Part shown: positions 1-13,100 of the stretch, piece after piece
How the letters are laid out: each line of letters starts with the position of its first letter
Numbering within the stretch: the first letter of the stretch is position 1
Assembly (NCBI RefSeq): GCF_021028975.2
Contig: NC_059427.1
Coordinates: 52,824,001 to 52,888,000 of the forward strand
Origin: Sphaerodactylus townsendi
Taxonomy: Eukaryota
DNA: 64,000 nt
Direction of reading: 5' to 3'
The notes under the pieces: generated by a model
What the model saw: only the letters and a program-made list of their open reading frames with translations
Told to the model about the DNA's origin: nothing
Databases searched by the model: none
Position numbers and translations under genes: made by a program

Positions 1-99
1 GGGGTTGGCATGTTTTACACAGCAGATTTAAAATCTAGCAAACTGTCAGGCTGCTTGATTATACTATATACATCTAAAGGAATACAAAAAAATCAGTTT

Positions 100-570
100 C
101 ATTTGACACCAGGCATAAACTATGTTGGAATTCATTGCCAGTGGATGTATAGCCGCAAGCATGGATAGCTCTGAAAGAAAATTAGATAAATTTATGGAGG
201 ATAGGTCTACAAGTAGCAACTAAACTTGATGACTAAAGAGAACCTCAATATTTAGAGGCAGTAAACCTCTGAATACCAGTGCTAGGAGTCAATGTGAGAA
301 GAAGGCCTCAACCTCCATGCCCTGTTGTTGGCTCTCCATTGGTATATGTTTGGCCACTGGGTGAGACATGATGTTCAATCTAGATCACAGTTGTGTACAC
401 AGCCTCAGATGTTATGGACCATGGTTCCCACCATCCCCCTGCCAGCATGATGCTGGCAGGGGATGATGGGAACTGTAGTCCATAACATCTGGAGGGCCAC
501 AAGTTTGACACCTATGAACTAGATGAACCACTGGTATGGTCCAGCAAGACTTTTTAAAATGTTCTTATGG
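100..570 (+). mobile_element. Degenerate CR1 3' end interrupted by a hAT MITE (about 386-516)
   Basis: ttagataaatttatggaggatagg and ctagatgaaccactggtatggtccagcaag...atgttcttatg resemble the CR1 tail at 39520-39568; palindromic MITE flanked by atctagat/aactagat. Confidence 0.7.
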
Positions 571-829
571 ATTTCTACAGCAAGAGCTTTTTTGAATGTT
601 ACGATGTGGATCCATCAAGCTGGTCAGATGTCGTCATCAGGAATATGATCCAGTTGCTGGCAGAATTCTTGAGGCTGAGAAATGGTTAGTTCCCCAGCGA
701 GCTTAGAGATCTTATGTTGCTGCTGTAGCCATAGTTCACATCAGCAGTGCAGTGAGTTCCACACTGTAACAGAAAACCAGTTGCCCTGATAATGTAAGCA
801 AAGAATTAGCCAGCCAGCCTGGATTACAC

Positions 830-910
830 CAGAGAGAGAGAGAGAAAGAGAGAGAGAGAGGGAGGGAGAGAGGGAGGGAGGGAGAGAGAGAGAGGGAGAG
901 AGAGAGAGAG
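830..910. repeat. (GA)n/(GGGA)n microsatellite
   Basis: direct inspection. Confidence 0.95.
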
Positions 911-3900
911 CTGGCAATCCCTAGTAAAAGTACCTTTATCTCTCCCAACATGGCCTTCAGGAGATCCTCCCTCCCGATCAGGTTGGAAGAAATTTCAAGT
1001 ACTCAAATGGTGGGTGATGGAGACACAAGCTAAGGCAAAGATACTCAGGGGCACAGAACTGAAGAGGCTGCCCTCGACATGGCTGTGTGACAGCAAAGGG
1101 ACGGGAGCCATCATGGGCCAGGACTGTGTCATCAAGGAACTACTGACGAGGTCAAGGATCGCAGTTGGGGTGGCTGGGAAATTTCTGCAGTGGGCTGACC
1201 CAGGCCTACATGCAGTTCAGTGATGGAGCAATTTGAGGCCGATTTATAGCCAGCTTTGGCTTGGGAGGGGCACCTGGCAGCTCAAACGAAAGCTTTTGTG
1301 GGACATCTTTCTTTCTAGCATAAGGGCCCTGTGGCTCTTGAAGTGACCTAATGCAGCTGCTGAGTTGGTATCAAAGTGGGAGGTGCCCACCAGGGTTGAT
1401 ACAGCCTGTGGGGAAGCATTTTAAAGTGGATACCGTTCCTGGTGCCAGGGCTCTTTCATATAATTTTATCTTAAGGTGGGAAGCCTTTCCTTGCCATGCC
1501 TTGGGGGTAAAGGCCACACAGGTGTTACATGAGGCAGGTTCATGCAGTGGGGGAGGGGGAGTGAGTGCTCTTAAAGGACCCAGTCAGAGAAGAATAAAGC
1601 TTTCTATTCCGTCCATTGCTGGTCTGCGCAAGCGCAGTCTCCAATGCAGGACTGCATAGAATTCCCACGAAGCTGAAACAATTCTACTCAAGATAGAATC
1701 TTCCTCAGTTTTATATGCTGCATCTGCACATCCTGTCATTTGGTAGCTAACTATCTATTGTGTATCCTGTAGCATGGGAATGCAATGCAATTTTTGGTAG
1801 AATCTGACAACTAATTTAAAAAAATCATTAGAATGGTAGTTTCATGAAATTAAAGAAAGGACTATTTTAAATTCTCATGATTATAGACGTTCAGGGGTGA
1901 GTTCCATAATCAAGTGTAGAATTTTTGCCCATCTTTCATTGCAGCCTCCAATTTCATTTTGCTCACCCCACCACTTTATTGTCCTCTTCCCCATCCCTAC
2001 CCTACTTTGAGAGGACAACCCAACAGAATCAAACATTCCAAAGTTTACACACATACATTAAAAAGCTATTGGGAGTGGGGATGGCGTGGGATCTCCAGGG
2101 GTTTCCAGATACCATCGGCTCATCAGATGTTCAGGCCAACATGGCCATTTGTCGGCCATGCACACCAGCATGGCCATGAGAATTGTAGTTCCTGAACATC
2201 TGGAGAACTGCTAACGCAGGTATCCCTACTTCCATGGTCTAGCATAGAAAGTATGGGCTGTCTGTGTGTCTAGGGAGGGATCTATCCCACATGCAATAAC
2301 CATTAACAATCACTTTAAATATTTCCTTATCCCATTGCTTAGTGCCATTCCCCAAAAATAAAATGTGTAAACTGGGCAATTTTTAACCAGTGATTTACAT
2401 GGTATAACTTACTAGCATACTTTTGAATACTCAATTTAGGCTGTGAGGGCATTTCAGTCACCCTGGTAGCCTGCGTGGGGTGGTATTACTGGTATGTGGC
2501 TTAAATGTTTCTATGCCACAATTACAGAACAGAGGAAAAAGTAAGAGGGCCATTAGCTTCAGAAACTGGGGCTCATCTAGTTCCAAGACACTAAGTCCAG
2601 AATGGATTATGCTGAATTCATTGTATTAATATTCACACAACTGCTACTTTCCTACAGGAAACCACAGAAACCCCCAAACATGCATTGACAGACTTTTGCA
2701 TGCTTAACAAACTATCACAGCATGCGTCGAGACAAATATTAATAGAGGCTGTGGTGAGATAGCCCTGCCTGCAGCTTAAGAATCCTGTGGCTCATTAAAG
2801 ACGAACCACCATATCATACCATAAACCTTCATGGGTTTGAGCACGCCATTATCAGATGCAGATTGCGGGCTTGTGTAGCATTCTTGCCAGCCTGCTAACC
2901 CCACACAGATGTCAAGGGCAGGGGAGCCTTCACAGGTATCTCCTTACGAGAAACACATGGAAAAGAACAGATCCAAAAGCTGCAGAAAATTGTGGCTTGA
3001 CAGTTTCTCATTTCACTGCAAGCAGTGCTCTGTGGTGAAAGGGTTCCCTGAGGACAAGGCAACATCTTTACAGCTATCATTAGCATCAGTAGCAACTCCA
3101 TAGTGGGGAGGGGGTGGTAATTTAGTTCAGGTGAGGCAATTGCTGACAATTGGCTGCTTTGGAGTGCCACTTGGCAAGCAAAGGGAATTCCAAGGAGGCA
3201 GCGCTCATGTATCAAAGGAGGAAGCTTGTTCCAAAAGGTAATATACTCCTTGCACACCCTCACCCTACAAGCCTTCACGATAGGGCTGGGAGCTGGAAAC
3301 ATTTCAATTACAGCCCCTTTAAAAATCATTCACCCTTGAAACAAGTTGAAACAGACAGCGAAGCCCAATGCTATTAGTTCCCCCAGTAAACAATTTGAGC
3401 TGTACTTCTTTGTGCTACTCTGCCAGGACCTGTTGTTTATGGGATGTTTGTGTTCCCAAGTGCCTGCATCCAATATCCCACAATGCGCTAAGCATCCCGG
3501 AGAAAACTCAGAGCAATGAGCAGAAAATTAAGCAATTTATTCAATCAATTAAAGGGGAAATGTAATTGCAGGAGTAGAACCAAGTATTTTTAGAATTGAA
3601 ACTGTACAGCCTGGGGCTTGCTGGGCCTGCAGAGAAGAATGATGCTTCAGGCTGCATTTTGAGACTGCAAGGAAGTCACTGCTTTTAAAAATAGCAAAGT
3701 TCAAAGCACAGGAATCATCTCACACTATATGAAACACTTCGGTACAGATATGTCCAAAAACTGTATTCCCATGAAGAATCCAAAAGCTGCAGAAAACGGC
3801 TGTTCTTTTATGGCCTTTGATACTGTCCCACCACAAGAGAGCCAGCACAGTGTAATGGTCAGAGTTCTCAGACTAGGATCTGGCATACTCAGGTTCAAAT

Positions 3901-4829
3901 CCCCTTCCTTCCATAGAAGCTTGTTGTATAACCTTGAGACAATCACTCTCTCGACCTCACAGGCTTATTCTGGAGATGAAACGGAGGAGAGGAGAATGTT
4001 GTCAGCCACCTGGGGGAGTAAATGAAGTACGTAATATATGAAGTACTTAATGTAATAAAACTGGGGGCAGGGGAAAGGGAACAGATGGCCTCATGTTTTT
4101 CAAGAAGCTTGCCCATTTTCTGTTCCAAAATTGTGTCAGATAAAGGCTGTCCCTTGAATGAGTGGTGAAGCTGCATTGGGTGGCTCATTTAACAGTAATT
4201 CTGTGCCAACTAGTTCAAGGTTTCATCTCCCCCTTGGCACTGAATTCTTGAGCCAGCAATAGCAAGGTCATGGCAACCCAGTAAAATTCAAGCCCCTTGT
4301 AAGGCTCCAGGCAACATTCCACTAAAAACCAACAGCAGGAAGTCTACATTTCTGCATCAAAGTGCTCCTCTGAGCAACACCCTGGTATTCCGAACTAGCC
4401 AACTGCATTTTAAGTGCAGTTGTTTGGTGGTAAATTAAAACAGTGTCACTTCCATGGGGCTTGAGGGCTGTAATCTCCAGAAGACTGACAAGTTTCAAGC
4501 CAGCATGTTCTGGGAATGAAGCAAGATGGCATTTGGAAATAACTTTGCTTCCTGAGGATGAGCAAGGTCTCTCACTCAATAAAATGTAAGCACACTTAAT
4601 ATGCCATCACCTGCCATTGCAGCTCAGCATAATGCTACCTCTTTAGATGAAGAACATTATCTTTGGACACTTCTAGAAGTCTGTGAGGTGCTCTGATGAA
4701 AAGCGGTCAGTTAACAAGTGGTCTAAAATGTACACACACTACAAAATGTCTCTCCCTATATGTCCCTACTCAGCCTCTGCGGCCTGCAGAGGAAAATTTA
4801 CTGGTGGTCCCCAGCTCCTCAGTGATGTG

Positions 4830-5250
4830 ACTGGCCTCTACCTGGGCCAGGGCCTTTACAGCCCCAGCCCCTGCCTGGTGGAACACTCTTGCTCCCGCTA
4901 TCAGGGCCCTGTGGGACCTTGGACAGTTCACAGGGCCTGTAAAATGGAGTTGCTCCACGGGGTTGTTTTTTTTTGGGGGGGGGGGGGGCTGGTTGCTGAT
5001 TGCCTCCCATGCCACCATCCCTATTTATATACCATCTTACCTGGCCGTTGTTCACTGTGCCTGGTGCCCTCCCAGGGGGTTAGAGTTTTCCTGGGTTGCC
5101 ATCCAATGCTAGGTTTTCTGCTTCTGCTGGTTTCTGGTTGTATTTTAAATTAATTCTGTTTTTAATAGTTAATTATGATTTTATTTTATCTTTGTACACC
5201 ACCCAGAGGGTGGGTGGTGGTGGTAGAGTAAATCAAATAATAAATAAACA
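4830..5250 (+). mobile_element. L2-type LINE 3' remnant
   Basis: ARAF..APAWWNTL-like end, T-rich 3'UTR, (TAAA)n tail. Confidence 0.55.
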
Positions 5251-6922
5251 AGATTATAAAGTATTTACTCTCAGTGTTCAGACACAGCCAGATGATAGGC
5301 AACTCTATGTTGGAGTCTCAATAAATGTGCTGCTTAGGCGCAATGTGAAATGTATACAGAAAATTTACTCTTGAATAGGATGTCTGACCATCAAGTCTGC
5401 CACTTGAAAAGTTATTACATAAAAAAGAGGCTCCTACATAGAGGCACCTTAACATCTACACTAAAACCAGGGTGTCAAATCACCTCTGACCTGGGTCTAA
5501 ATATGTGCATTCACTCACCATTTAGCAGCAATGGAAATGCTGTAATGGAACATGTTAATAAAAGATTAGAGCAAAATTACACCCATAAACTAAGGTGGAA
5601 TCATTTAATAGAACTGGAAGTGTCAGGAAACAGCAAGTTTGCATGTAGAAGCTCAGCGTTAAATTCCACGAGCCAGAGCTTGCAAAGACATTCAGTGCAA
5701 ATTATAGCAAGAAGACTGAACAATTTCAAACTTGTCTGACATGCTGTGAGTTCAAACACTCCAGCTCTCAACAATGGAGACTTGGCACAAATGGTTTATT
5801 TACTGGATTAGTCTCCAGTCCTATGACTAACACAAAGACGTTTTGTCACTAGATCTAAACCCACTTGTCAGGGCAACATCCCTAAGTGAAACAGAACTTC
5901 TCAGCATCTGTAGCCCTAATATGAGATATCAACCATGACTGCACTGAAGGAGTTTAAAACTGAAAAACCACCACCACCTTGTGGGGAATCTTTATTAGGC
6001 CTACACTGCGGAATCTTGAGAAGGCATGAACATAAGTGTGATTTTAAAAAAATGTTTTGTGTATTTTATGCTGACAGGAAGTGATGAAAGCACAGATCTG
6101 TACCTTCTGATATATACAACCAGAAAAGTTCATTTAACTGTAAATTTTGCATCAGACAGTGGTCTAAGACATTGGACGTGCAAAAGGTTCCTTTTTCATC
6201 AGAGACAAGACTAGGCTGGATTCCATTTCCTCTCCTACCCAAGCAGTGAACAGTCACAGGCTCCAAACTTGGATCTGCTCCACAGCAACACAATCAGCAT
6301 GAGCAAGCTTCCATACCAGACTGATAGGTTTCACCTCTCCCCTTTTTAACAAAACCACACAGTAGGAGTAAGGATTCTTGGTCACAGTTGAAATGTGATG
6401 AAATCATTTCTGGGCCATCATAGCACAGAAGAAGAAAGACAGGGATTCTACATCAGTGGGGGAGAAACGTACTTTGCATGTACAGGACAGGTGAATTTCC
6501 TTCCTCCAGGAGGACAGTCAGGGTCAGCTTTAGTAAAAATACATATACTTTTCCCTGCAGGACAGACAGCTGTTTCCAATGTATCTGGTATAGAAGAACT
6601 GAAAAGATGCTTCAAGACCAAAAAATGCCCTGATGAAGGTCAGCCCTCCACACTGCCCTCCACCCCCACCCCGCAGTTCCATTCACATTTAATTTAGAGA
6701 AGATCAAGAGAGTTCAAACAAAAGAAGAGATTGGATTTAATCATATCATCATCCAGGATACAGAAACAATCATTTATACTTAACACACAAACACACACTA
6801 TCTCCTTGGAAAGACACTGGCGGGAGGGATAGTCGTGGTGGTGGAGAGAAAAGTCCTCAGTTCCCACTCTCACAATTGCCATTTAGCCATCAACACTCAG
6901 GGACAATTCCATTTAAAGTTAA

Positions 6923-6928
6923 TTTATT
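6923..6928 (-). terminator. AATAAA polyadenylation signal of UQCRC1
   Basis: tttatt on plus strand about 165 nt downstream of the stop codon. Confidence 0.7.
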
Positions 6929-7090
6929 TAGCTCTCTAGTACATCACTAATCTGGTTGAAAAGAAAAACATTTATATAGCAACCGAGGGATGCATCTTGC
7001 CACAGGATTGAAGAAATGAGCAAGAGTAGACCCTGGAGGTGTCCATTCAATAACCACATTGCTTTATCTGCATCTTATGTAACATGTAGC

Positions 7091-7155
7091 CTACAAACGG
7101 AGCCAGTACATGGCGCTGCGGATACGGTTGTAGTCTGTAAGCTGTTCAATCGGAC
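7091..7155 (-). CDS. UQCRC1: UQCRC1 exon 13 (terminal coding part)
   Basis: cag|[24 protein letters not shown]. Confidence 0.96.
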
Positions 7156-10100
7156 CTGAGGGAGAGGAGAGTTGGTCACTTGAAATACAAGAAGAAAAAC
7201 TGGCACGATTTCAGCCCTATCAAACCTGCAAAGGTCTTCAACACAAATTAGGCCTAGTGAAGAAACTTACTGGACTATCATACGCTTAAGATACATGACA
7301 ACATCTCTGTTCTAGGCTCCCAAATCCCCACAGGATAAACTGCATTTACTATAACTATATTGTGGCAGTCTCAGATGGGGAATTTTTCAGACAATAAAGT
7401 GCTTGGATGTGTGTGTGATTTTGTTGACGGGAAGTCAACAAAACCATACACACATGCAAGCACTTTATTTTGTTTGAAAACTCCCCCTGAAAGCGATTTG
7501 CTTTCAAGGTTATGATGGAATGTTACTAATTGCTGGTTACAGTTACTCTAAGTAACAGAAGCAATTCTGGCAGGTTTTCCAAGGGAATTTTTTTGGGCTG
7601 ACATAAAAAATGCTGCTCTGAAGAGGCCCAGCTTGCCAGTGTTGTGTAATTCAGCATGACCCCAGAAGACTTTTGCCACTCTCCAAGAGCACTTCTATTA
7701 GTGGGAAAGGACCTTCCCCCGCTCCTGCTACAGCCCACCGACCTCCCTTAAATGCTGCTTCTGGGGGACAGGGGAACCTGCAGAAGATCATAAGGGGCAG
7801 ATTGAGGGTTTGCAGCAGAAATTACCTTTCCCCTGCCATTACTGGAAAGTTTAGTCTGGATCCCACCCAGTAACTAATTTGACATAGCTGATCTGTAGCA
7901 GCCCAAATGCAATTTAAAATAAATAACAGACTCAAAGACACCAAAGAGGTCCCTATGGAACTAGCTACCATTTATACTTACTGCAGTTTCACCTCCCAAG
8001 AAGTAGACAATACTCAAAGTCTAGTCACTTACCTACTCCTGCAACAGCCGGGCATTTGTCATATAGGTATTTGTTGCAGACCTCCCGCACGGTTTTGGCA
8101 TCAACCTCCTAGAAGCAGTGCCAGAGAAATTCAAAGAGTCAGACTTCAAACACTAAAACTAGAGGCTTTCTTTACCACTGGAAGCAGACTGCCAGCCAGA
8201 GAGGAGTGCTTTACCAGCCAGGACACACCACTTCAAAACACCGGCCTAATGTTCTAGAAAAGCCTGTGTCATGTACAGTCTCTTTTGCTCTCGCTCTGAA
8301 AACACTGATGGGACATCATACTTTTTTGTTACTAAAAGCATAACAGCAAATTTAACTTCACAAACCAGCAATACATACAGAAATTCTGGCATCCCATTCT
8401 GCCAAAGATATCCGACGCCCATAGTTCAATACATGACTCGCAATAGTCTCACATACGGGGGTGGTACCTGGAAAAGAGAACTCAATCCATCAGCAGAATC
8501 CTTAAGACTGTATGCAGCATTTTAATCTATTAAGGGTACAGAAGCAACATCTATTGTCAGGCCACACAGACAATTTTCTTGTAGCCATGCATTAATAATT
8601 TATTCAACAAAATTACAACAACTTAGATTTGTTTCTGGGTTATTTCAGATTCAATATAATTGGGAACAGCTCGATGTCTAATCTTTCTCTTTTGGTGATG
8701 TTCCAGGAGCGATTTACCACGTCATTTGAATGGCAGGCCTACTGCCAGTGCAATTGCACGCTCCATGCACCTAATGAAGTGGGTTCTGGGTCATAAGCGC
8801 TTAGATTACAATAGTCTTTAAGGTGTCACGATGCTCTGAATTGTTTTGATTGAAGCAGTGCAGGAATGTACAACCCGGAATACAAAACAGAAAGTTCAAG
8901 CTGTGTGATTCTGGGGCATGGCCCCCAAACTGCTCTGGGCATATTTGCTAATAGCTGGTTGACAAGAGTGTAACCCATGACTCCTTGTATTATGTTTGGT
9001 TATGAGGAAGGGAAAGTGGTATTGCTTGTGTGGACGAGCAATAGGGGTGCAGTTATTCATCCAGCTAGGGCTTTGTCTCACTTTAAATCATTGGCAAGAA
9101 TTGTACACCTGCTGGCAGCAATCAAGCCTTTCTATCAGCCAGCATGGAGAATAATGAACCTCATGTCAGCCAACCTACAAATCTTCACTTCTGAACCCGG
9201 GGAAAGAAAGGGGAAGACAAAGTCAAGAGACAGATAATGTGATACTGTGGATCTGACAGGCTTTGCCTGCACAAAAACTGCAGCATCTCACCAGCAGGAT
9301 CGAATTAGGTATTGCTACACATAGACAAAATTACATGAACCCTTGCCCCTTATCAGAGTGGAACAATATGCGCTGACAGCAGTTTCCTTATTGCAGACTA
9401 TAAACCAACGGTAAACTATTGGTATGCTACAAGCTTTGCTTGGATTTAAACATACAATGCAGCTTGGGTTTTTAACCCACGTAGGAGGCAGGAGTAAGGA
9501 GCCTATTTGCACAATAAGAAAGAAAGCATGGGTTTGATGAATTTAGGACCTGCTCAACTTAAAAACATACCATCCAATAGTGACACAAAGGTGTTTCGAA
9601 GCACGTTTTTGGCTCTTTTCACCTCGCTGTCAGTTACAGTGGTGCACAGACGCATCCTGTACCAGGGTGGAGTGGGGAATGGAAAAGGGGGAGGAGAAGA
9701 GGGAGACAATTATCAAAATACCCTTTCATTTTCTGTCACTTGAAACACACGATTAACAATAAGTCTTTGCCAAGGCTGCTAATCAGCAGGCGTCTTCTGA
9801 AAAGGCTCTGAGGAAATCAGGTTCAGTAACTAGACAACCAGTATGAAGGCAGAAGTAAGAGTTTGGAATACAGCACAAACCATTGGGTAGGAGGTGAAAC
9901 AGATACTGTAAGAGCCTCATTTCCAAATGCCACCTGCTCGGTGGCCCTCTATGGAGGATAATGCACATAATTATACTCTTGTCCATCAAAATATGACAGC
10001 AGAATTGTTATTAATATGCAGTTTTCTGGACCTTCTTTGTTCTAGAATGATCCACTTGGGTCCTAGTGCCTACTTAATTCTGTCCCCGAGGCACTAGGAC

Positions 10101-13100
10101 CCAAGTGGGGCATTCTCGAACAAAGAAGGCCAGAAATTGGCAGATTAATATACAATTCGCATGTCATCTTTCAGTGGAAAAGAGTATAGGCCCCAGCACA
10201 GGGACAGCAGTATGTTAGAAATTCTAGTGGCAGGACTAAGATATTCTTCTATATCCTCATGTTCTCCATTATCTCCTTCCTGCTCTAGTTCCCTTCCTCT
10301 CTCCAAGCCAGCATGGTGTAGTGGTTAAGAGCAGGTGCGCTCTAATCTGGAGAACTGGGTTTGATTCCCTGCTCTGCCAATTGAGCTGTGGAGGCTTATC
10401 TGGTAACCAGATTAGCTTGTGCACTCCAACACAAGCCAGTTGGGTGACCTTGGGCTAGTAACAGTTCTCTGGAGCTCTCTCAGCCCCACCCACCTCACAG
10501 GGTGTTTACTGTTGGGGGGGAGGGAAAGGAGATTGTAAGCCCCTTTGAGTCTCTTTACAGGAGAGAAAGGGGGAATATAAATCCAAACTCTTCTTTTTCA
10601 ATCCAGCTCCACACTGCCCTTAAGAGGAGTCTATCGCATACCCTGCAGCTGTGGAAAAGTCTACATAGGAACCACAAAATGCAGCATTCATACTCATATT
10701 AAGGAGTGTGAAAGGCACTGTCGGCTTAAGCATCCGCATCCTGAAAAATCTGCAGTAGAACATGTCCTAACAAAACTGTCCTAACATAATGTCCTAACAT
10801 AACATTTTATTTGAAAACACTGAAATTCTGGACAATTCGGAAGGTTATTATGTCAGACTGCACAGGGAGGCCATTGAAATTCACAAACACCAAGACAACA
10901 AGAAAGAAGAGACTCTGAACATTAACAAAGCTTGGCTACCAGTACTTAAAAACACCAGAATCAAAGGCCAAGGGCATGCTAAGTTAATGGACAATGGACT
11001 CCACCCAGAAACAGGATTTGCATTCATCAATACTGCTGCTGCTGCAAGGAATGCAAATGCGACTACAAATGTAAATGGACTGATAACCCCACCCGCAATA
11101 CAATTCACTCAATCACACCTTTGCATAGCAAGTTCCACCCAAACACTTACTGATTGGTTCCTCACCCTGGGACATGGACAACATATACCCCACTAAACTT
11201 CCCCTTCTCACTGGACACAGTGTGTAACAGACTTCTCTCTGTGATACACCTCTGAAGATGCCAGCCACAGATGCAGGCGGAAGGTGAGGAACAAGATCTA
11301 CCAGACCACAGCCACACAGCCTGGGAAACCCACCACAACCATTTTCTATATTGTTTAATATACCATGTCTATATATTATGTTTAGTTTCAGATCGCTATA
11401 GTCTTCCTAAGTCTCAATTAGAAAAGTGGATCATAAATGAAGTAAATAATAAAATAAATTGGCAATGAAAGCACACTCACCATTCACCCTGGGCAAAGTA
11501 CATTGTATCGTCAATATTCATTTTATCAGTAACAAAATAGAAACCGAAGAGACCTGTGTCAGAATAGCAGGTGCTGAAGGTCTGGAAACTTTGGCATAAC
11601 TTGTGCTCCGCAGTAGCTGCAGCCAGCCTGCAGGACTGATTCTGTAAATGAATAACTGCATTTGTTAAGACTGCCAAGCCCCCAGAGGGCCACGCTTCAG
11701 TTCACCAAGCGGCTCAGAAAGCATAAATCTGACACTAAGGGTGAATGAGTCCTCTTATTATCCATCTGTGGCAAAGTCTGCTGCCTGATCCCCATGTTCC
11801 AAAGCAGCTTTAACAAAATTCCCTTCTCCTCAAATAGTGAACATCATATCAACAAAAGATAGATAAGATTAAACATACAAGGTTGCTGTCTGACACTGAG
11901 TCAGGCTATTAGTCCATGTACCCTGTTACTAGTACTAGCAGTCACTTTCCAATACACAGATGAAGTATTTCCTTGACCATCCCAGATGGCTTTAACTGGA
12001 AATGCAAATGGCTGATCCTGGGTACTCTTATATTCTATGCTCCACCTGTGAGCTACAACTTCTCTGGCCAGGACACCAAGGAGCACATCCTCAGGATTAC
12101 GTATAACATACTGAACTATCACACAGCAATTTGAAGTTCTGTTCTTCAAGGTGGGTTTGGAAAGCACACATGAATGTGATGGGAGGCAATTTTTTTCCCA
12201 ACCTCTGTTTCCATTTGGGTAGCTCTCAGCTGTCCAAAACAGCACTGACTTGTTCTATGTCTTACAACTTGCAAGATAGCTTCACATTTGATAAACTGAC
12301 TGATCGCTCTGGAAGTGGCCAATGAAGCAATCTTTGTTTAATTTTATCTCTTGAAAACTTACAGGCAAGTGGATTTGTTTCCACAACCACAGCCTTTCAA
12401 TAGATCTGCCTACCTTCTTCAAAAGAGTAACATCATTATTTTTCAGCCGAGTCACTGAATTAAGCAAAATCTGTAAGATCCATGAAAGTTTTACAATATT
12501 TTTTTAAAATCTACAATCTGTAATAGTGATCATGATATCAATTTAAGGACATACCCTCACTCTCAAAGTTACTTGCTGTTGCACATTAGAGCCATATAAA
12601 ACAGTAAAGAACAGATCAGGATACTTCCATCATGGGAAACATAAAACACACACTTCCATACTTTATTGTCTTACCTTACCACCGCCAAAGGTGAGATCAT
12701 AGCGCCCAATGACTGCGTTGGCTACCAGAAGGGGAATATTGTCTGGGTTGGCCCATCCTGGACCTTCAACTGCAACTGCAACATGAGCCAGAGGTAAATC
12801 ATCATCTCTGACTCTGATCTGAAAAACATTAGAAGAAATATGAAAATACAATCAAGCCTTTTCTGCAGAAACTAGGTCTGCCTTTTTGCCTATTTCAGAA
12901 ACAAGAAATTCCATTTGCATGTAATGGTGAAAAGTGAGGCCAAAACACAGACTTAAGCAATGGATTTACAAAGGAACCAGCATGGAAGTGAATTCAAACA
13001 AGAGGAAATAGCAGGGCAAGCAAGTGTTGAAAGAGAAAACGTGATCCCTTGCCTGGCTCCCAATTGCAGAGAACTGAAACTTAGGTTAAATGAGAGTTGG

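Noticed and set aside
950-1660. ORFs 1014-1223 and 1351-1659 in GC-richer sequence ending in AATAAAGC
   Set aside because: No recognisable domain or splice structure; possibly a decayed retroelement that I cannot classify
1-6900. COL7A1 first exon expected from human synteny
   Set aside because: No signal-peptide, vWA or collagen exon recognised; probably outside the window
10306-10380. tRNA gene
   Set aside because: A and B boxes belong to a SINE head present in several copies; no intact cloverleaf
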